64,000 bases of DNA, taken from positions 128,001 to 192,000 of the IMG/VR virus record IMGVR_UViG_3300037454_000906. The stretch is one strand, 5' to 3'. Position 1 is the stretch's first letter, and every line of letters starts with the position of its first letter. A program made the position numbers and the translations under genes. The DNA comes from a virus. Positions 27,727-36,812 of the stretch are shown piece by piece. The notes below the pieces were generated by a model. That model searched no databases. It was not told the origin of the DNA and saw only the letters and a list, made by a program, of their open reading frames with translations.

Positions 27727-27789
27727 TAATCCCTGGCGAATTCATGAAAATGCAGTCTGAACACAAACCCACTGAGAAGGAGGACCAGA

Positions 27790-28254
27790 ATGTTCGGTAA
27801 GACACCCGAAGACGAGGTGGCCGATCTCGACCGCCAGATCAAGGACCTCGAAGCCAAGAGGCAAGGTATAATCGACTCGGTAAAGGGCCGAAAGCTCAAC
27901 AAGATGCTTGAACCCCGTATGGGCAAGTGGGTCATCATTCACGGATGGGGACACCATGACGAGGCGAATGGAGAACTTTCTGATACCGGTCATTACCGAA
28001 TTTTCAAACTGGTCGCGGTCAACGGCTGGGAAGGCAACAGGAGCTTCCGTGTTGTCGCGCAGCATATTCTCATGGTTTCCCCCACTTGCGAGATTATCGG
28101 GGCGTATGTTGTTGATCCAAACATGCTCATCAGCAACATCGATCACTGCACAATCATCGAGCCCGAAGATGCCAAGCGCATCTACGACAAGGTCACCGCC
28201 AAGCAGGGGCGCGCGATGAAAAAGATCATGGATGCACTGGAAAAGGACATATGA
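27790..28254 (+). CDS. hypothetical protein
   Basis: 154 aa; AGGAGG RBS. Confidence 0.65.
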   Translation: MFGKTPEDEVADLDRQIKDLEAKRQGIIDSVKGRKLNKMLEPRMGKWVIIHGWGHHDEANGELSDTGHYRIFKLVAVNGWEGNRSFRVVAQHILMVSPTCEIIGAYVVDPNMLISNIDHCTIIEPEDAKRIYDKVTAKQGRAMKKIMDALEKDI

Positions 28255-28269
28255 AAAGGCACGATTACA

Positions 28270-28668
28270 TTAGGATGAAGAAGCTGAGTGGCCGCGCACT
28301 TCAGTGCGCGGCCACTCAGCTTCGTCTCTATCGGGATGTCCGTCGTACTGATCATCAAAGGTACGTCCAGGTAGTCGTGCTCCACGTCCAGTATCTTTCC
28401 AGGCGTCCATTCCCTTGCGAGGCATTCCATCAGTTGTATGTTCGTCACCATACAAAAGTTCTTTCAATATGTCTGGTTTAACGGAAACTACATCAGTGAT
28501 GGATTCAATCCCGTGTGCAGCAATCATTCGTCTAGCCACATCCGAGTCGTGGATTATTTTTGCTTTCAAATCATTTAGATGATCCGCACACACTAAGTGC
28601 TCTATTCCACTATATGTAAACCCTCTAATGATTCGTACCGATTTAGAATCACAATAGCAGCAATGCAT
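28270..28668 (-). CDS. hypothetical protein with N-terminal Cys/His motif
   Basis: MHCCYCD...VCADH; AGGAG RBS; C-terminal third doubtful. Confidence 0.4.
   Translation of the reverse strand: MHCCYCDSKSVRIIRGFTYSGIEHLVCADHLNDLKAKIIHDSDVARRMIAAHGIESITDVVSVKPDILKELLYGDEHTTDGMPRKGMDAWKDTGRGARLPGRTFDDQYDGHPDRDEAEWPRTEVRGHSASSS
28280..28323. repeat. perfect inverted repeat, 21-bp arms, 2-nt centre
   Basis: GAAGCTGAGTGGCCGCGCACT-TC-AGTGCGCGGCCACTCAGCTTC, at the convergence of plus- and minus-strand blocks. Confidence 0.95.
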
Positions 28669-28724
28669 GACTACTCTCCTACATATATCTCTGTATCACA
28701 ATATAGTTTATGACATCTCACAAG

Positions 28725-29333
28725 TCAACCGTTTGTGTCACCCACACTTTGAGGGACAGAGCCTAACTTATTTACACACTTCTCTATTGTATGAATTATT
28801 CCGCAGGTTTCAACAACATCATTATCCTTAATTAGCCTTACTCGGTAACACCTTGAACTAGAGTCACGACCAATCCATATATCGTCTTTATCGGTAATAG
28901 TTACAAAATGATGGGCTCTTGACATTGTTGTTTCAGTGTCTTTTGCCAAATCACTACACCAGTAGCGTGCCCAGTCTTTAGATATAAATCCTGTATCAAC
29001 TTGAATACCACTAATGGTATATGCCGAATGGCCAAATTCATATCCGGCACCGGGAATAAACCCAAACTTTTTCTTAAAGGATTCGATCCCAGTGTACGAG
29101 AAATTCCAAATTTGTTCACACGGTTCATACTTACACTTACACAGTTCGATGGCTTTCATAAATTCTTCGTGTGATGGAATGTGATAGCCCTTTATCTGAG
29201 ACGCTACCCTCATCGCGGCATCCCATTCATAATAGTATATTCCGTCAATAACTTTAATGCCGCCTAGACCGTCATCAATAGACAAATCTTTCTTTTGCCA
29301 TTGCTGATAGCCAATTTTAATTTTTGAGAACAT
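28725..29333 (-). CDS. FISUMP / Fibrobacter succinogenes major paralogous domain-like protein
   Basis: IKIGYQQWQKKDL...YYYEWDAAM...GYHIPSHEEF...GAGY...YWCS...YRVRLIKD follows the KIGxQxWMxENL / YxWxAA / GWHLP / YSVRCVKD pattern. Confidence 0.75.
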   Translation of the reverse strand: MFSKIKIGYQQWQKKDLSIDDGLGGIKVIDGIYYYEWDAAMRVASQIKGYHIPSHEEFMKAIELCKCKYEPCEQIWNFSYTGIESFKKKFGFIPGAGYEFGHSAYTISGIQVDTGFISKDWARYWCSDLAKDTETTMSRAHHFVTITDKDDIWIGRDSSSRCYRVRLIKDNDVVETCGIIHTIEKCVNKLGSVPQSVGDTNG

Positions 29334-29349
29334 AGCTATTCTATCTCCT

Positions 29350-29733
29350 TTATTCAACCGCCGCATGGTCGAACTTCTGTAAACAAAGGTTTACATTCTC
29401 GCATACCCATTGACCCCGGCAATAACCTATGATAGTGACATCGTGCTTATATCCATCAGAATCATCCCACGCCTTTCCTGCTACCGGTTTACCATTCCAG
29501 TCTTCAAAGAATAGTTCTCCAGGCATCTTAACTGCCACTATATCATACTTGTCGCCACGTTGAAATCTATGAATCAACTTCAGATTGTCATCATATTCTT
29601 CTTCATCTACAAATGAACCATCCCAGGTTTTACCAGGCTGTCTAAATTTGGCACTTTTTCCTTTAACGGTATATACATTGCCACTATTGTCAATGAGCTG
29701 ATATCCGTCTTTCCAGTAAGTTTTCTTATCCAT
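29350..29733 (-). CDS. hypothetical protein
   Basis: 127 aa, AT-rich. Confidence 0.55.
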   Translation of the reverse strand: MDKKTYWKDGYQLIDNSGNVYTVKGKSAKFRQPGKTWDGSFVDEEEYDDNLKLIHRFQRGDKYDIVAVKMPGELFFEDWNGKPVAGKAWDDSDGYKHDVTIIGYCRGQWVCENVNLCLQKFDHAAVE

Positions 29734-29738
29734 TTTAG

Positions 29739-30386
29739 TTATCCTCGAGTAATGGGTTCAACGCCCGTCACATCCCGCCCATACATTTCTAAAGCGAGCC
29801 GTGCCGCCCAGTATGCGGTATGCCACTCCATACAGGTATTGCATGGCTTAGGGCCGCACTTTTCATGGGTATCGTTGCGGATACCATCACACTTGAAACA
29901 CCTGCATCTTTCATTTGCCGCTTGTTGAGCATACTTGTCGCGTGTCTTTTCGTCGATCATCCCCACTGCCGGTTCTGATGGAATGTTGACGGCTTTCCAA
30001 TACTTGATTTCAGCCCCGTTGCAGCAATGGAAATTTCCTACTGGGAGATCGTAGCAGAGAGCATCGCCTTCTTTGTTTTCAGTCCATGTGAGGGACTTGG
30101 CTGGGTGCATCTTGGCGACGATGACTGCAGGTCTGAGTTTTTCGGGGTCCATCCTGTCTTCTAGCAGGGCGAAGATTTCCTCGTTGAGTGGGATTTTCGT
30201 GTTGGATGCATCGTTCCAGTCGTTGAATTTCTTCATTGTGTTTAATGCATCCTTGCCCCTTTCGGCAAGAACCGCAGCGACTTCGGACAGGAACTTGTCC
30301 ATCTCTTCTTTCTCGTATCCGGCAACAAACCCATCACTGTTGTTGTGTCGGAATTGCAGTGCGGCAGGTTTCTTCAGTTCGCTCAT
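29739..30386 (-). CDS. hypothetical phage protein, Cys-rich C-terminus
   Basis: Start MSELKK via ATGA overlap. Confidence 0.6.
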   Translation of the reverse strand: MSELKKPAALQFRHNNSDGFVAGYEKEEMDKFLSEVAAVLAERGKDALNTMKKFNDWNDASNTKIPLNEEIFALLEDRMDPEKLRPAVIVAKMHPAKSLTWTENKEGDALCYDLPVGNFHCCNGAEIKYWKAVNIPSEPAVGMIDEKTRDKYAQQAANERCRCFKCDGIRNDTHEKCGPKPCNTCMEWHTAYWAARLALEMYGRDVTGVEPITRG

Positions 30387-31024
30387 TGTCTTTTTCCTTT
30401 TATAGTTGCTACATTTATGTCCGGCCACGGAATCCACATCAACGCTTTCCACTGGTCCATGTCGAACTTATGGCCGTGCACGTCGGTGAAGCCGGTTCCG
30501 TCGAAGTTTATTCTCAGTGGTGACGGGCATGCGTCAAAGATAAACACGTAGTCACCTGGGCTGGCCACCTTCTTCCATTCGTCCAGACCGGGGAAAGCAT
30601 TCCATGTAGGACGGATGTTCAGCTTGATTTCTAGTGCCACCTTTTCCGCGTACAGCTCGTTCTCACGTTCAAGTGCCTCGTCCAGTTTCCTCTCCCAGAT
30701 TGCTAACCGCTTTTCCGCAGATAACTGATTCTCCTGGTCATATTTGTCCAGTTCGGTCGCCATCGGACCCCACGGATTGCTGTCCGCTGTGTAACCTACG
30801 AGAATTCTGTCACGGTCATCACCGGGGAAGGTGATGAGGAACCCCTCCGTATCGCCGGATTTGTGTTCCTCCAACGAGAACGCGGTTGTTCCGAGCCACG
30901 TATCCGTGACATCGATTACCTTGTCCCCGTCCCTTTCCACCACAGACGACGCATAGCGGTCCTCGTAGCCTTCCTCGATAAGGAAGTCGAACGTCTTCTT
31001 GATTTCTTCCATTGTACACGTCAT
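30383..31024 (-). CDS. hypothetical protein
   Basis: Promoter TTGCCA-N17-TATATT 7 nt before ATG. Confidence 0.6.
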   Translation of the reverse strand: MTCTMEEIKKTFDFLIEEGYEDRYASSVVERDGDKVIDVTDTWLGTTAFSLEEHKSGDTEGFLITFPGDDRDRILVGYTADSNPWGPMATELDKYDQENQLSAEKRLAIWERKLDEALERENELYAEKVALEIKLNIRPTWNAFPGLDEWKKVASPGDYVFIFDACPSPLRINFDGTGFTDVHGHKFDMDQWKALMWIPWPDINVATIKGKRQ

Positions 31025-31031
31025 AGTAATA

Positions 31032-31082
31032 AATATAGCATTGTTTCCTTCTGTTGGCAACCGGGAACATTTTTGCTACATT
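31032..31082. promoter_or_regulatory. back-to-back divergent promoters with overlapping -35 boxes
   Basis: Minus: TTGCCA(31060-55)-N17-TATATT(31037-32). Plus: TTGGCA(31054-59)-N17-TACATT(31077-82). Confidence 0.7.
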
Positions 31083-31108
31083 TGTAACATCCAGCACAAG
31101 GAGTAAAC

Positions 31109-31792
31109 ATGAGCAACATAGTAATACCCAAGGAACTGCCGGAACTAATCGACGGCATCCACTATTGGAGAAGCAAGCGCCGGGACATCAGAAATCGGTG
31201 CATAGATTCGGAACGTCATCATATTCTCGATAAACTCCGCAGCCTAAGTACGCCAAGTGAACTGGAAAAGCGCCTTATTGAACAACTTGCAGCCGAAGAG
31301 CAAAAATTCATGCTTAACGGTCCAGAAACCGACAAGGAATACCGGGAAAAGGAAATTTCCCTGTACGAGAAAGTGCGTCTGGTATGCAAGGACATGCTCC
31401 TGGGTAAATACATCAAGCACATTACCGCATGGTACACCATATACATGCGGGTGGATAAGGTATCCATGACAAGCGGAAACACCGTGTACATTTCCGGCAA
31501 AAGCATCAGCTTTTACCGGGAACACGACACTTTCCAGTGGGCATGCGAGCAGCAATATGACCTACTCGACATCGGGAAAGTCATGTACGGGCACTCCACG
31601 CCTACCATGGAATCCATCGCAGATGAATTGAAACTGTATGATATCATGAGCCGTGAAGAAGTAATCAACATTATGAAAAAATACAAGGACAAGCTGGTAA
31701 AGGAATGCGACCACGTCATCGACTATGCCGAAAAGATGGAAGATGACCCCTTTCCGGCAGATGAACCTGTAGATACAAGCAAATTGGAGTAA
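31109..31792 (+). CDS. hypothetical protein
   Basis: 227 aa; AAGGAG RBS. Confidence 0.65.
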   Translation: MSNIVIPKELPELIDGIHYWRSKRRDIRNRCIDSERHHILDKLRSLSTPSELEKRLIEQLAAEEQKFMLNGPETDKEYREKEISLYEKVRLVCKDMLLGKYIKHITAWYTIYMRVDKVSMTSGNTVYISGKSISFYREHDTFQWACEQQYDLLDIGKVMYGHSTPTMESIADELKLYDIMSREEVINIMKKYKDKLVKECDHVIDYAEKMEDDPFPADEPVDTSKLE

Positions 31793-31803
31793 AGGAGTAA
31801 CCC

Positions 31804-32187
31804 ATGGGAAAAAGCAAGTATTGGAACTGGTGTGGAAACGACCCGATGCCTGAGGTGGCAGAACGGTACTACGACCTTCTCGAAGAGGTGAACAACTCGT
31901 TTCCCGACGAGATGTGGGATGCCGACAAGGTACCGGGCGTGGAATCCGGACGGTACGAGGGATACGTGTCCGTCTACCATATATGCCATGACGGTCCGGA
32001 AGACATCCACCTCGACATTGACAAGGACGATAATGGCAAGTGCACCGTAGCACTATGCTCGTTGCGAGACAACGGCGCCAAGAATTTCTGGGACTTTCCG
32101 AAACGGGTGTTCATGAAGTACAGGGTGCTTATGAACCTGGTCGCAACGATGAAGGAGTTGTTGTTCAGGCACACCACTTCCGTATAG
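31804..32187 (+). CDS. hypothetical protein
   Basis: 127 aa; AAGGAG RBS. Confidence 0.6.
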   Translation: MGKSKYWNWCGNDPMPEVAERYYDLLEEVNNSFPDEMWDADKVPGVESGRYEGYVSVYHICHDGPEDIHLDIDKDDNGKCTVALCSLRDNGAKNFWDFPKRVFMKYRVLMNLVATMKELLFRHTTSV

Positions 32188-32282
32188 GGGTTATAGTGCT
32201 TGTAGTCCCAGAACGTGCAGAATGCCGGTACCCCCACGAGCAGGATGGCTATTACGATAAAAACGATTGCTTCGACTGTCAT
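31974..32282 (-). CDS. small membrane protein (C-terminus overlaps convergent gene)
   Basis: N-terminal TM; promoter TTGACA(32332-27)-N17-TAGTTT(32309-04). Confidence 0.4.
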   Translation of the reverse strand: MTVEAIVFIVIAILLVGVPAFCTFWDYKHYNPYTEVVCLNNNSFIVATRFISTLYFMNTRFGKSQKFLAPLSRNEHSATVHLPLSSLSMSRWMSSGPSWHIW

Positions 32283-32352
32283 AACATTGTCTCCGTTGCC
32301 CTAAAACTAGCCTTTTGTTGCCATCTTGTCAATACTTTGCTACATTTTGAGC

Positions 32353-32665
32353 ATGCGAATTATCGAACCACCATTGGCGAGCATCTGCCAGGACATGATT
32401 GACTGTATCGGCAACAAGGATGCCGAACCGGAAATTGTCACATTCTTCTACCGGATGCAGCAGCTGTACTTGAAGGGATGGCGCGAATGCGGTTTCTGCA
32501 AGGGAACCGGTAGAATCACGACCGTCTATCCAAACAAGTGGGGAGCCAAGGAAACCGTCGAACACACATGCCTTACATGCAAGGGTCTTGGTTTCTACGA
32601 CTTCGACGCGATGGTCAGGGAAGCCGAAGAACGCCGGAAGAAACGATTGGAAGAGGGGGGAATAG
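32353..32665 (+). CDS. protein with DnaJ-type Zn finger; stop codon out of frame by one G in a G6 run
   Basis: CGFCKGTG...CLTCKGLG; TTGCCA-N17-TACATT-N6-ATG; frame as given stays open to 33318. Confidence 0.5.
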
Positions 32666-32914
32666 ATGGAAAGAAGCGAAACCAAGTTCATCATCGTGAA
32701 CTACAGGCGCGACCAGGCGGTGCAGAACTGGTCATTCGCCGACAAGAAGCACATCATCTACTGCAACAGTGCCGAATGGGCGATGAAGTTCGCCGACAAG
32801 GCTGGCGCCAAGCGCACACTGGACTACCTGAGGAAGAACTTCCCGGGACAGGATCTCAGCATTGTGGAAGCGACATTCTACACAGACGTTACGTTCAAAG
32901 AGGTCAAATGCTAG
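32666..32914 (+). CDS. hypothetical protein
   Basis: 82 aa; protein-like, unlike the overlapping frame. Confidence 0.55.
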   Translation: MERSETKFIIVNYRRDQAVQNWSFADKKHIIYCNSAEWAMKFADKAGAKRTLDYLRKNFPGQDLSIVEATFYTDVTFKEVKC

Positions 32915-33318
32915 TATTCTTCGCATTTGTGGGAATCGTCGGCTGTGCCATCGCATTCACCGTTGGCATCGTGCTTCTCGCGAAGTTCATATATGACCGG
33001 TTCATCAACTCATGTCGTCACCGTATCAAGGTAATCGCCAGATATCGCCGTGACTACCCCGATATGCACCTGTACAGCGTGGATCCTACCGATGACATGT
33101 TCGGACCCCCGTTCCTGCATACCGACCCGGACAAGGGGTACAAGTTCCGCGCATACAGCATCTACCATGCTGCCGAACGGTACTTCAAGAGCTACCGCCG
33201 GCGCAACAAGAAAATGTCCGACCACGAGGACAGCGCCAGTCACGAATGCAAACCCATGTGGGCACATCTGCGCCTGAAGGACATGACAACCGGCTTTACA
33301 TATTACCTGGGAAGATAA
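32908..33318 (+). CDS. hypothetical membrane-anchored protein
   Basis: GAGG RBS; MLVFFAFVGIVG TM start overlapping the upstream stop. Confidence 0.55.
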   Translation: MLVFFAFVGIVGCAIAFTVGIVLLAKFIYDRFINSCRHRIKVIARYRRDYPDMHLYSVDPTDDMFGPPFLHTDPDKGYKFRAYSIYHAAERYFKSYRRRNKKMSDHEDSASHECKPMWAHLRLKDMTTGFTYYLGR

Positions 33319-33400
33319 CATAGTTGCCAGTTCCACCCCCAAGTTGCTACATTTTGAAAAAGGAAATCAACCGAGGAAACAAGACATAAACGAGGAAACA

Positions 33401-34198
33401 ATGAACAGAAACGCATCAGACCTGAACAGGGCAGTGAACTTCATCAAGAACTGGGAATGCCAGCACGAACATCCCGAGTGGAGGAGCGCACTCGACGAGG
33501 CAAACTGGTACATCGCCAAGGTCACCGACATGGTGGACCGAATCAACGGTGAACGCGAAGCGTTCCATAAGCTCCTCGACTGCGACATCAGTATCAAGAA
33601 CCGCCCGAAGGGTCTCCCCGACCTCCACCGGGTCTACACGCTCGTGAAGAACTCCTCGTTCATCCGTGCAGCAAAGTACAGCAAGATTCGCCGTAAGTAC
33701 ATCAACGTGGTCAAGCTGTTCAAGGGCATCAACCATATCGACGGGCACTTCTTCGAAGCACTCGATCCATCCAAGGCCAATAAAGACCGCAAGTACCACT
33801 ACGAGTCCGAAATCGAGACTACCGGCAAGTGGTACATCCCGCCCACGGAAACCGTCGAGAGCATCAGTAGCCTCTTCCACAAGACCGGCGACCGCGACCT
33901 CCAGGAATACGCGATCAAGTGCGTCAAAAAACACAAAGTATGTCCCGAAGAGGTCGATTTAGAGGATATCGCATTCTTCCGCGGACTGGTGTACTTCGGC
34001 AAGTCCAAGCACGGGCGCCCACTCTTCGCCCTTGTGGAACTCCATGCGGAACCGGGCAAGGCGATCGAGTTCCCCAAGGAATGGCGCATCGTGTACATAC
34101 GTGAATGGCGTAAGAAAAAAACGGCCATTACATCACCGACGGCGAAGGCACATATGCCGGAGCCCAATACTCCATGCCAGGTTAGCTCCGATCGATAG
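33401..34198 (+). CDS. hypothetical protein
   Basis: GAGG RBS; promoter TTGCCA-N18-TACATT at 33324-33353. Confidence 0.65.
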   Translation: MNRNASDLNRAVNFIKNWECQHEHPEWRSALDEANWYIAKVTDMVDRINGEREAFHKLLDCDISIKNRPKGLPDLHRVYTLVKNSSFIRAAKYSKIRRKYINVVKLFKGINHIDGHFFEALDPSKANKDRKYHYESEIETTGKWYIPPTETVESISSLFHKTGDRDLQEYAIKCVKKHKVCPEEVDLEDIAFFRGLVYFGKSKHGRPLFALVELHAEPGKAIEFPKEWRIVYIREWRKKKTAITSPTAKAHMPEPNTPCQVSSDR

Positions 34199-34204
34199 GT
34201 AACT

Positions 34205-34735
34205 ATGGCTATTGAACATGAATATATTGCTAGACGCAACTTGCCGTTATGCGATTTTGCAAAGGACTGCTTCTACGGCAGACGCAAGGCGAAGATTAGC
34301 ATGGGTGACTATCATGATCCTGAAACTAACGAGAAACATATACACGGACAGAATGCGGTCACAATACAGTCGATCGAGAAGGGGCGCTTTGAGACTGATG
34401 GAGAGGTATCACCGAGGATAGACCCGAAAAGGCCGGAAACTTTCGTGCCGATTGAGATAAGCATCCCCTGGAAATACCGGCTCCGGATCCAAATGGCGGA
34501 CAATTCAGTGAACACCGTGTACACGAACGACATGGAGGCCGAATGGCTGCTATACCTCATGTCATCACAGAAAGCCATTGATAGGTATAGGTCCATGGCC
34601 TTTTCCGGAAAGTGGGACGCCGCATTGCTCGAAGTACAGCAGATGTGCAATTCCTTCGTCAACTCGGCAACCAACGTGAGCGCCACCGACTCCCTGGGCA
34701 ACCTCGCCGGCTACCGGGCGGAACCTAAATCTTAA
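34205..34735 (+). CDS. hypothetical protein
   Basis: 176 aa. Confidence 0.55.
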   Translation: MAIEHEYIARRNLPLCDFAKDCFYGRRKAKISMGDYHDPETNEKHIHGQNAVTIQSIEKGRFETDGEVSPRIDPKRPETFVPIEISIPWKYRLRIQMADNSVNTVYTNDMEAEWLLYLMSSQKAIDRYRSMAFSGKWDAALLEVQQMCNSFVNSATNVSATDSLGNLAGYRAEPKS

Positions 34736-35090
34736 TTATTGGGGTATTGTGCGTTAGCGGCGCGTGCTTCTTGTCCAGTAGTTCGACCATCTTGTTCATG
34801 GCATCCAGATAGTCGCCTCCTTCGACAAACACGTGTTTGAACTTGGCCACCTCGTCAACCGAGCCAGCCTCGAAAATTGTCGCGAGGCCATTTGGTTCTT
34901 TTATTGAGAAAAGCCGCTTGAACCACGACATGCGACTTAACTTTTCGCCAGTCTTGACGAATCGCACGCAATCGTCGGAGTTGAGCTTTTGGCGAATCCA
35001 CTCGCAGTCCGCTATATTCGACGAAGCGATCACGTGGTAGACATGCCCGTCCGGGTACGCGATTCGCCAATGAATCTGGTTGATTGGCAC
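34725..35090 (-). CDS. hypothetical protein
   Basis: 121 aa. Confidence 0.5.
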   Translation of the reverse strand: MPINQIHWRIAYPDGHVYHVIASSNIADCEWIRQKLNSDDCVRFVKTGEKLSRMSWFKRLFSIKEPNGLATIFEAGSVDEVAKFKHVFVEGGDYLDAMNKMVELLDKKHAPLTHNTPIIKI

Positions 35091-35129
35091 GGATTCTACC
35101 TCACGTATATATACGGGATATGCGCAAGC

Positions 35130-35768
35130 TCATTCCGGACACGATACCACATTCTCCCCGTCCCCCGTATCCTTGTTGATGCCAAGAAGGTCCATGACGA
35201 CCTTCTTGAACGTGTTGGTTGGATCGACCAGATTTAATTCGCTTTCCACCTCGTCCCATGTGACGAAATTCATGCGCGGGAAAGCAAGGTCGTAATGCTG
35301 GCCGTCACCGAGGTTTAACTTCAATGGGGAAGGCGTCGCCTTCACGACAGCCCCATAGGTGACGAAATTGTCATCGGCTTCCTTATGGAACGTATCGAAC
35401 GCCTTGCCGCTGAACTTCACGACCGGATTCGGCTTGGCGGTGAACTCGACGTTGTCAAAGCGGGCGAAAAGTGAATCCGCTATACGAACGATGCGCCCCT
35501 TGAAGAACTGGGTTAGTTCCTGGGCAAGTTTCGTCCTTACAGCAGGTTCCCGCTCGTTGAGCGAATCATCCACCTTCTGCAACATGCGCAACTTCCACAG
35601 GATGGATTTCTGGAGTGTCATCCCGTAATAGTCGGATTCCATCTGGATAACTTTAGCCAGTTCCTGGTTGCATACGCCATATTGACGTTTCGCCTTGCGC
35701 ACGACCAGTTTTTGCGCAATCTGGTCAGCAAGAACACGAATTTCCTCAGTATATACAATCTTTTCCAT
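35130..35768 (-). CDS. hypothetical protein
   Basis: TTGCAA-N17-TAGATT 7 nt before ATG. Confidence 0.65.
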   Translation of the reverse strand: MEKIVYTEEIRVLADQIAQKLVVRKAKRQYGVCNQELAKVIQMESDYYGMTLQKSILWKLRMLQKVDDSLNEREPAVRTKLAQELTQFFKGRIVRIADSLFARFDNVEFTAKPNPVVKFSGKAFDTFHKEADDNFVTYGAVVKATPSPLKLNLGDGQHYDLAFPRMNFVTWDEVESELNLVDPTNTFKKVVMDLLGINKDTGDGENVVSCPE

Positions 35769-35809
35769 ACCACATAATCTAGTATTTTTTCATGCACGTT
35801 GCAATGGAA

Positions 35810-36202
35810 CTACAAGTTTCCCATGAGTTTTAACAGTATTGCTGTGACCGAAGTCGAAAACAGCACCGCCGCGCCGGCAGCCGGGGGCAGCTTACTCCAT
35901 TGCGTCTTTATGCTCGCTTTCCAATAGATTCGGCGCACATAATGAACCAATAGGGCAAACATTGCCACCGCAAGACATGCCAGCACAATCACTGCCGGGA
36001 CCCAGGGCCATATCCGCCACAGCTCGTACAGCCCGTTGATGAGGATCAGTGCTTCACACCCTACCATGAACACGGTCTTACATGCAACCAAGAATGGATC
36101 ACCGTCAGTCTCATTCTTCCACCAGTCCTTCCTCATCTCGTACACGAATACAGGGGTGAACCCGATAAGTGCAAAGACACTCAGTATCATAAATGGTGTC
36201 AT
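35810..36202 (-). CDS. membrane protein (4 TM)
   Basis: Hydrophobic segments; ATGA overlap. Confidence 0.6.
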   Translation of the reverse strand: MTPFMILSVFALIGFTPVFVYEMRKDWWKNETDGDPFLVACKTVFMVGCEALILINGLYELWRIWPWVPAVIVLACLAVAMFALLVHYVRRIYWKASIKTQWSKLPPAAGAAVLFSTSVTAILLKLMGNL

Positions 36203-36606
36203 TGTTTCTCCTTTGATGCCTCGTTGGCCTTCTTCATGCATTCGACCACGAATTCCCCAAGACTGTCCTGGATGCCCGCGGCCACCTTGTTGTCCAGTTT
36301 CATTCCCCCGGTGAGATGCCCCCACCCACGGATGTCCAGGCAGAGTTCCGTCCCGTTGACGGAGAAACGGATCTGTGCATCCAGGTCGCTACCCGTATAG
36401 CTCGGGCTATCGAACGTGACCGTGTTCCGGGGCGGGTTTCCGTTCATCACATCCACCAGTGACTCCATGTGCCCCATGTATTCGTCCGAGGACACTTCAT
36501 CGCAGCTTGGCGTGATGACGGTGACTCCATTGGAATCCCACACGATGCCCGGGACCATCGGATCATGGCTGAACGGGGCCTTAAAATACTTCTGCCATTC
36601 AAACAT
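36199..36606 (-). CDS. hypothetical protein
   Basis: 135 aa; coupled to neighbours. Confidence 0.6.
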   Translation of the reverse strand: MFEWQKYFKAPFSHDPMVPGIVWDSNGVTVITPSCDEVSSDEYMGHMESLVDVMNGNPPRNTVTFDSPSYTGSDLDAQIRFSVNGTELCLDIRGWGHLTGGMKLDNKVAAGIQDSLGEFVVECMKKANEASKEKQ

Positions 36607-36812
36607 CAGATTTCCTTGTCGGTAAGCTCGATGATCGCTTTCCCCTTGCCATCGATAATGATTCTCGCGCTGTGTACCGAAATGGGAACACTGGTTCGCA
36701 TATCAAATGTGGCCGACGGCTTGAATACTATCTCGGCATCATCGAACGAACCGCTGTATCCAAATCGCGTCGATGCATCGTTCATGTACTGCATTAAATC
36801 ACGGTAGTTCAT
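36606..36812 (-). CDS. hypothetical protein
   Basis: 68 aa; coupled to neighbours. Confidence 0.55.
   Translation of the reverse strand: MNYRDLMQYMNDASTRFGYSGSFDDAEIVFKPSATFDMRTSVPISVHSARIIIDGKGKAIIELTDKEI

Noticed and set aside
28251-28481. Plus-strand ORF 28251-28481 and minus-strand ORF 28182-28451 crossing the palindrome
   Set aside because: Mutually overlapping, low-information translations partly generated by the palindrome; cannot decide which, if either, is real.
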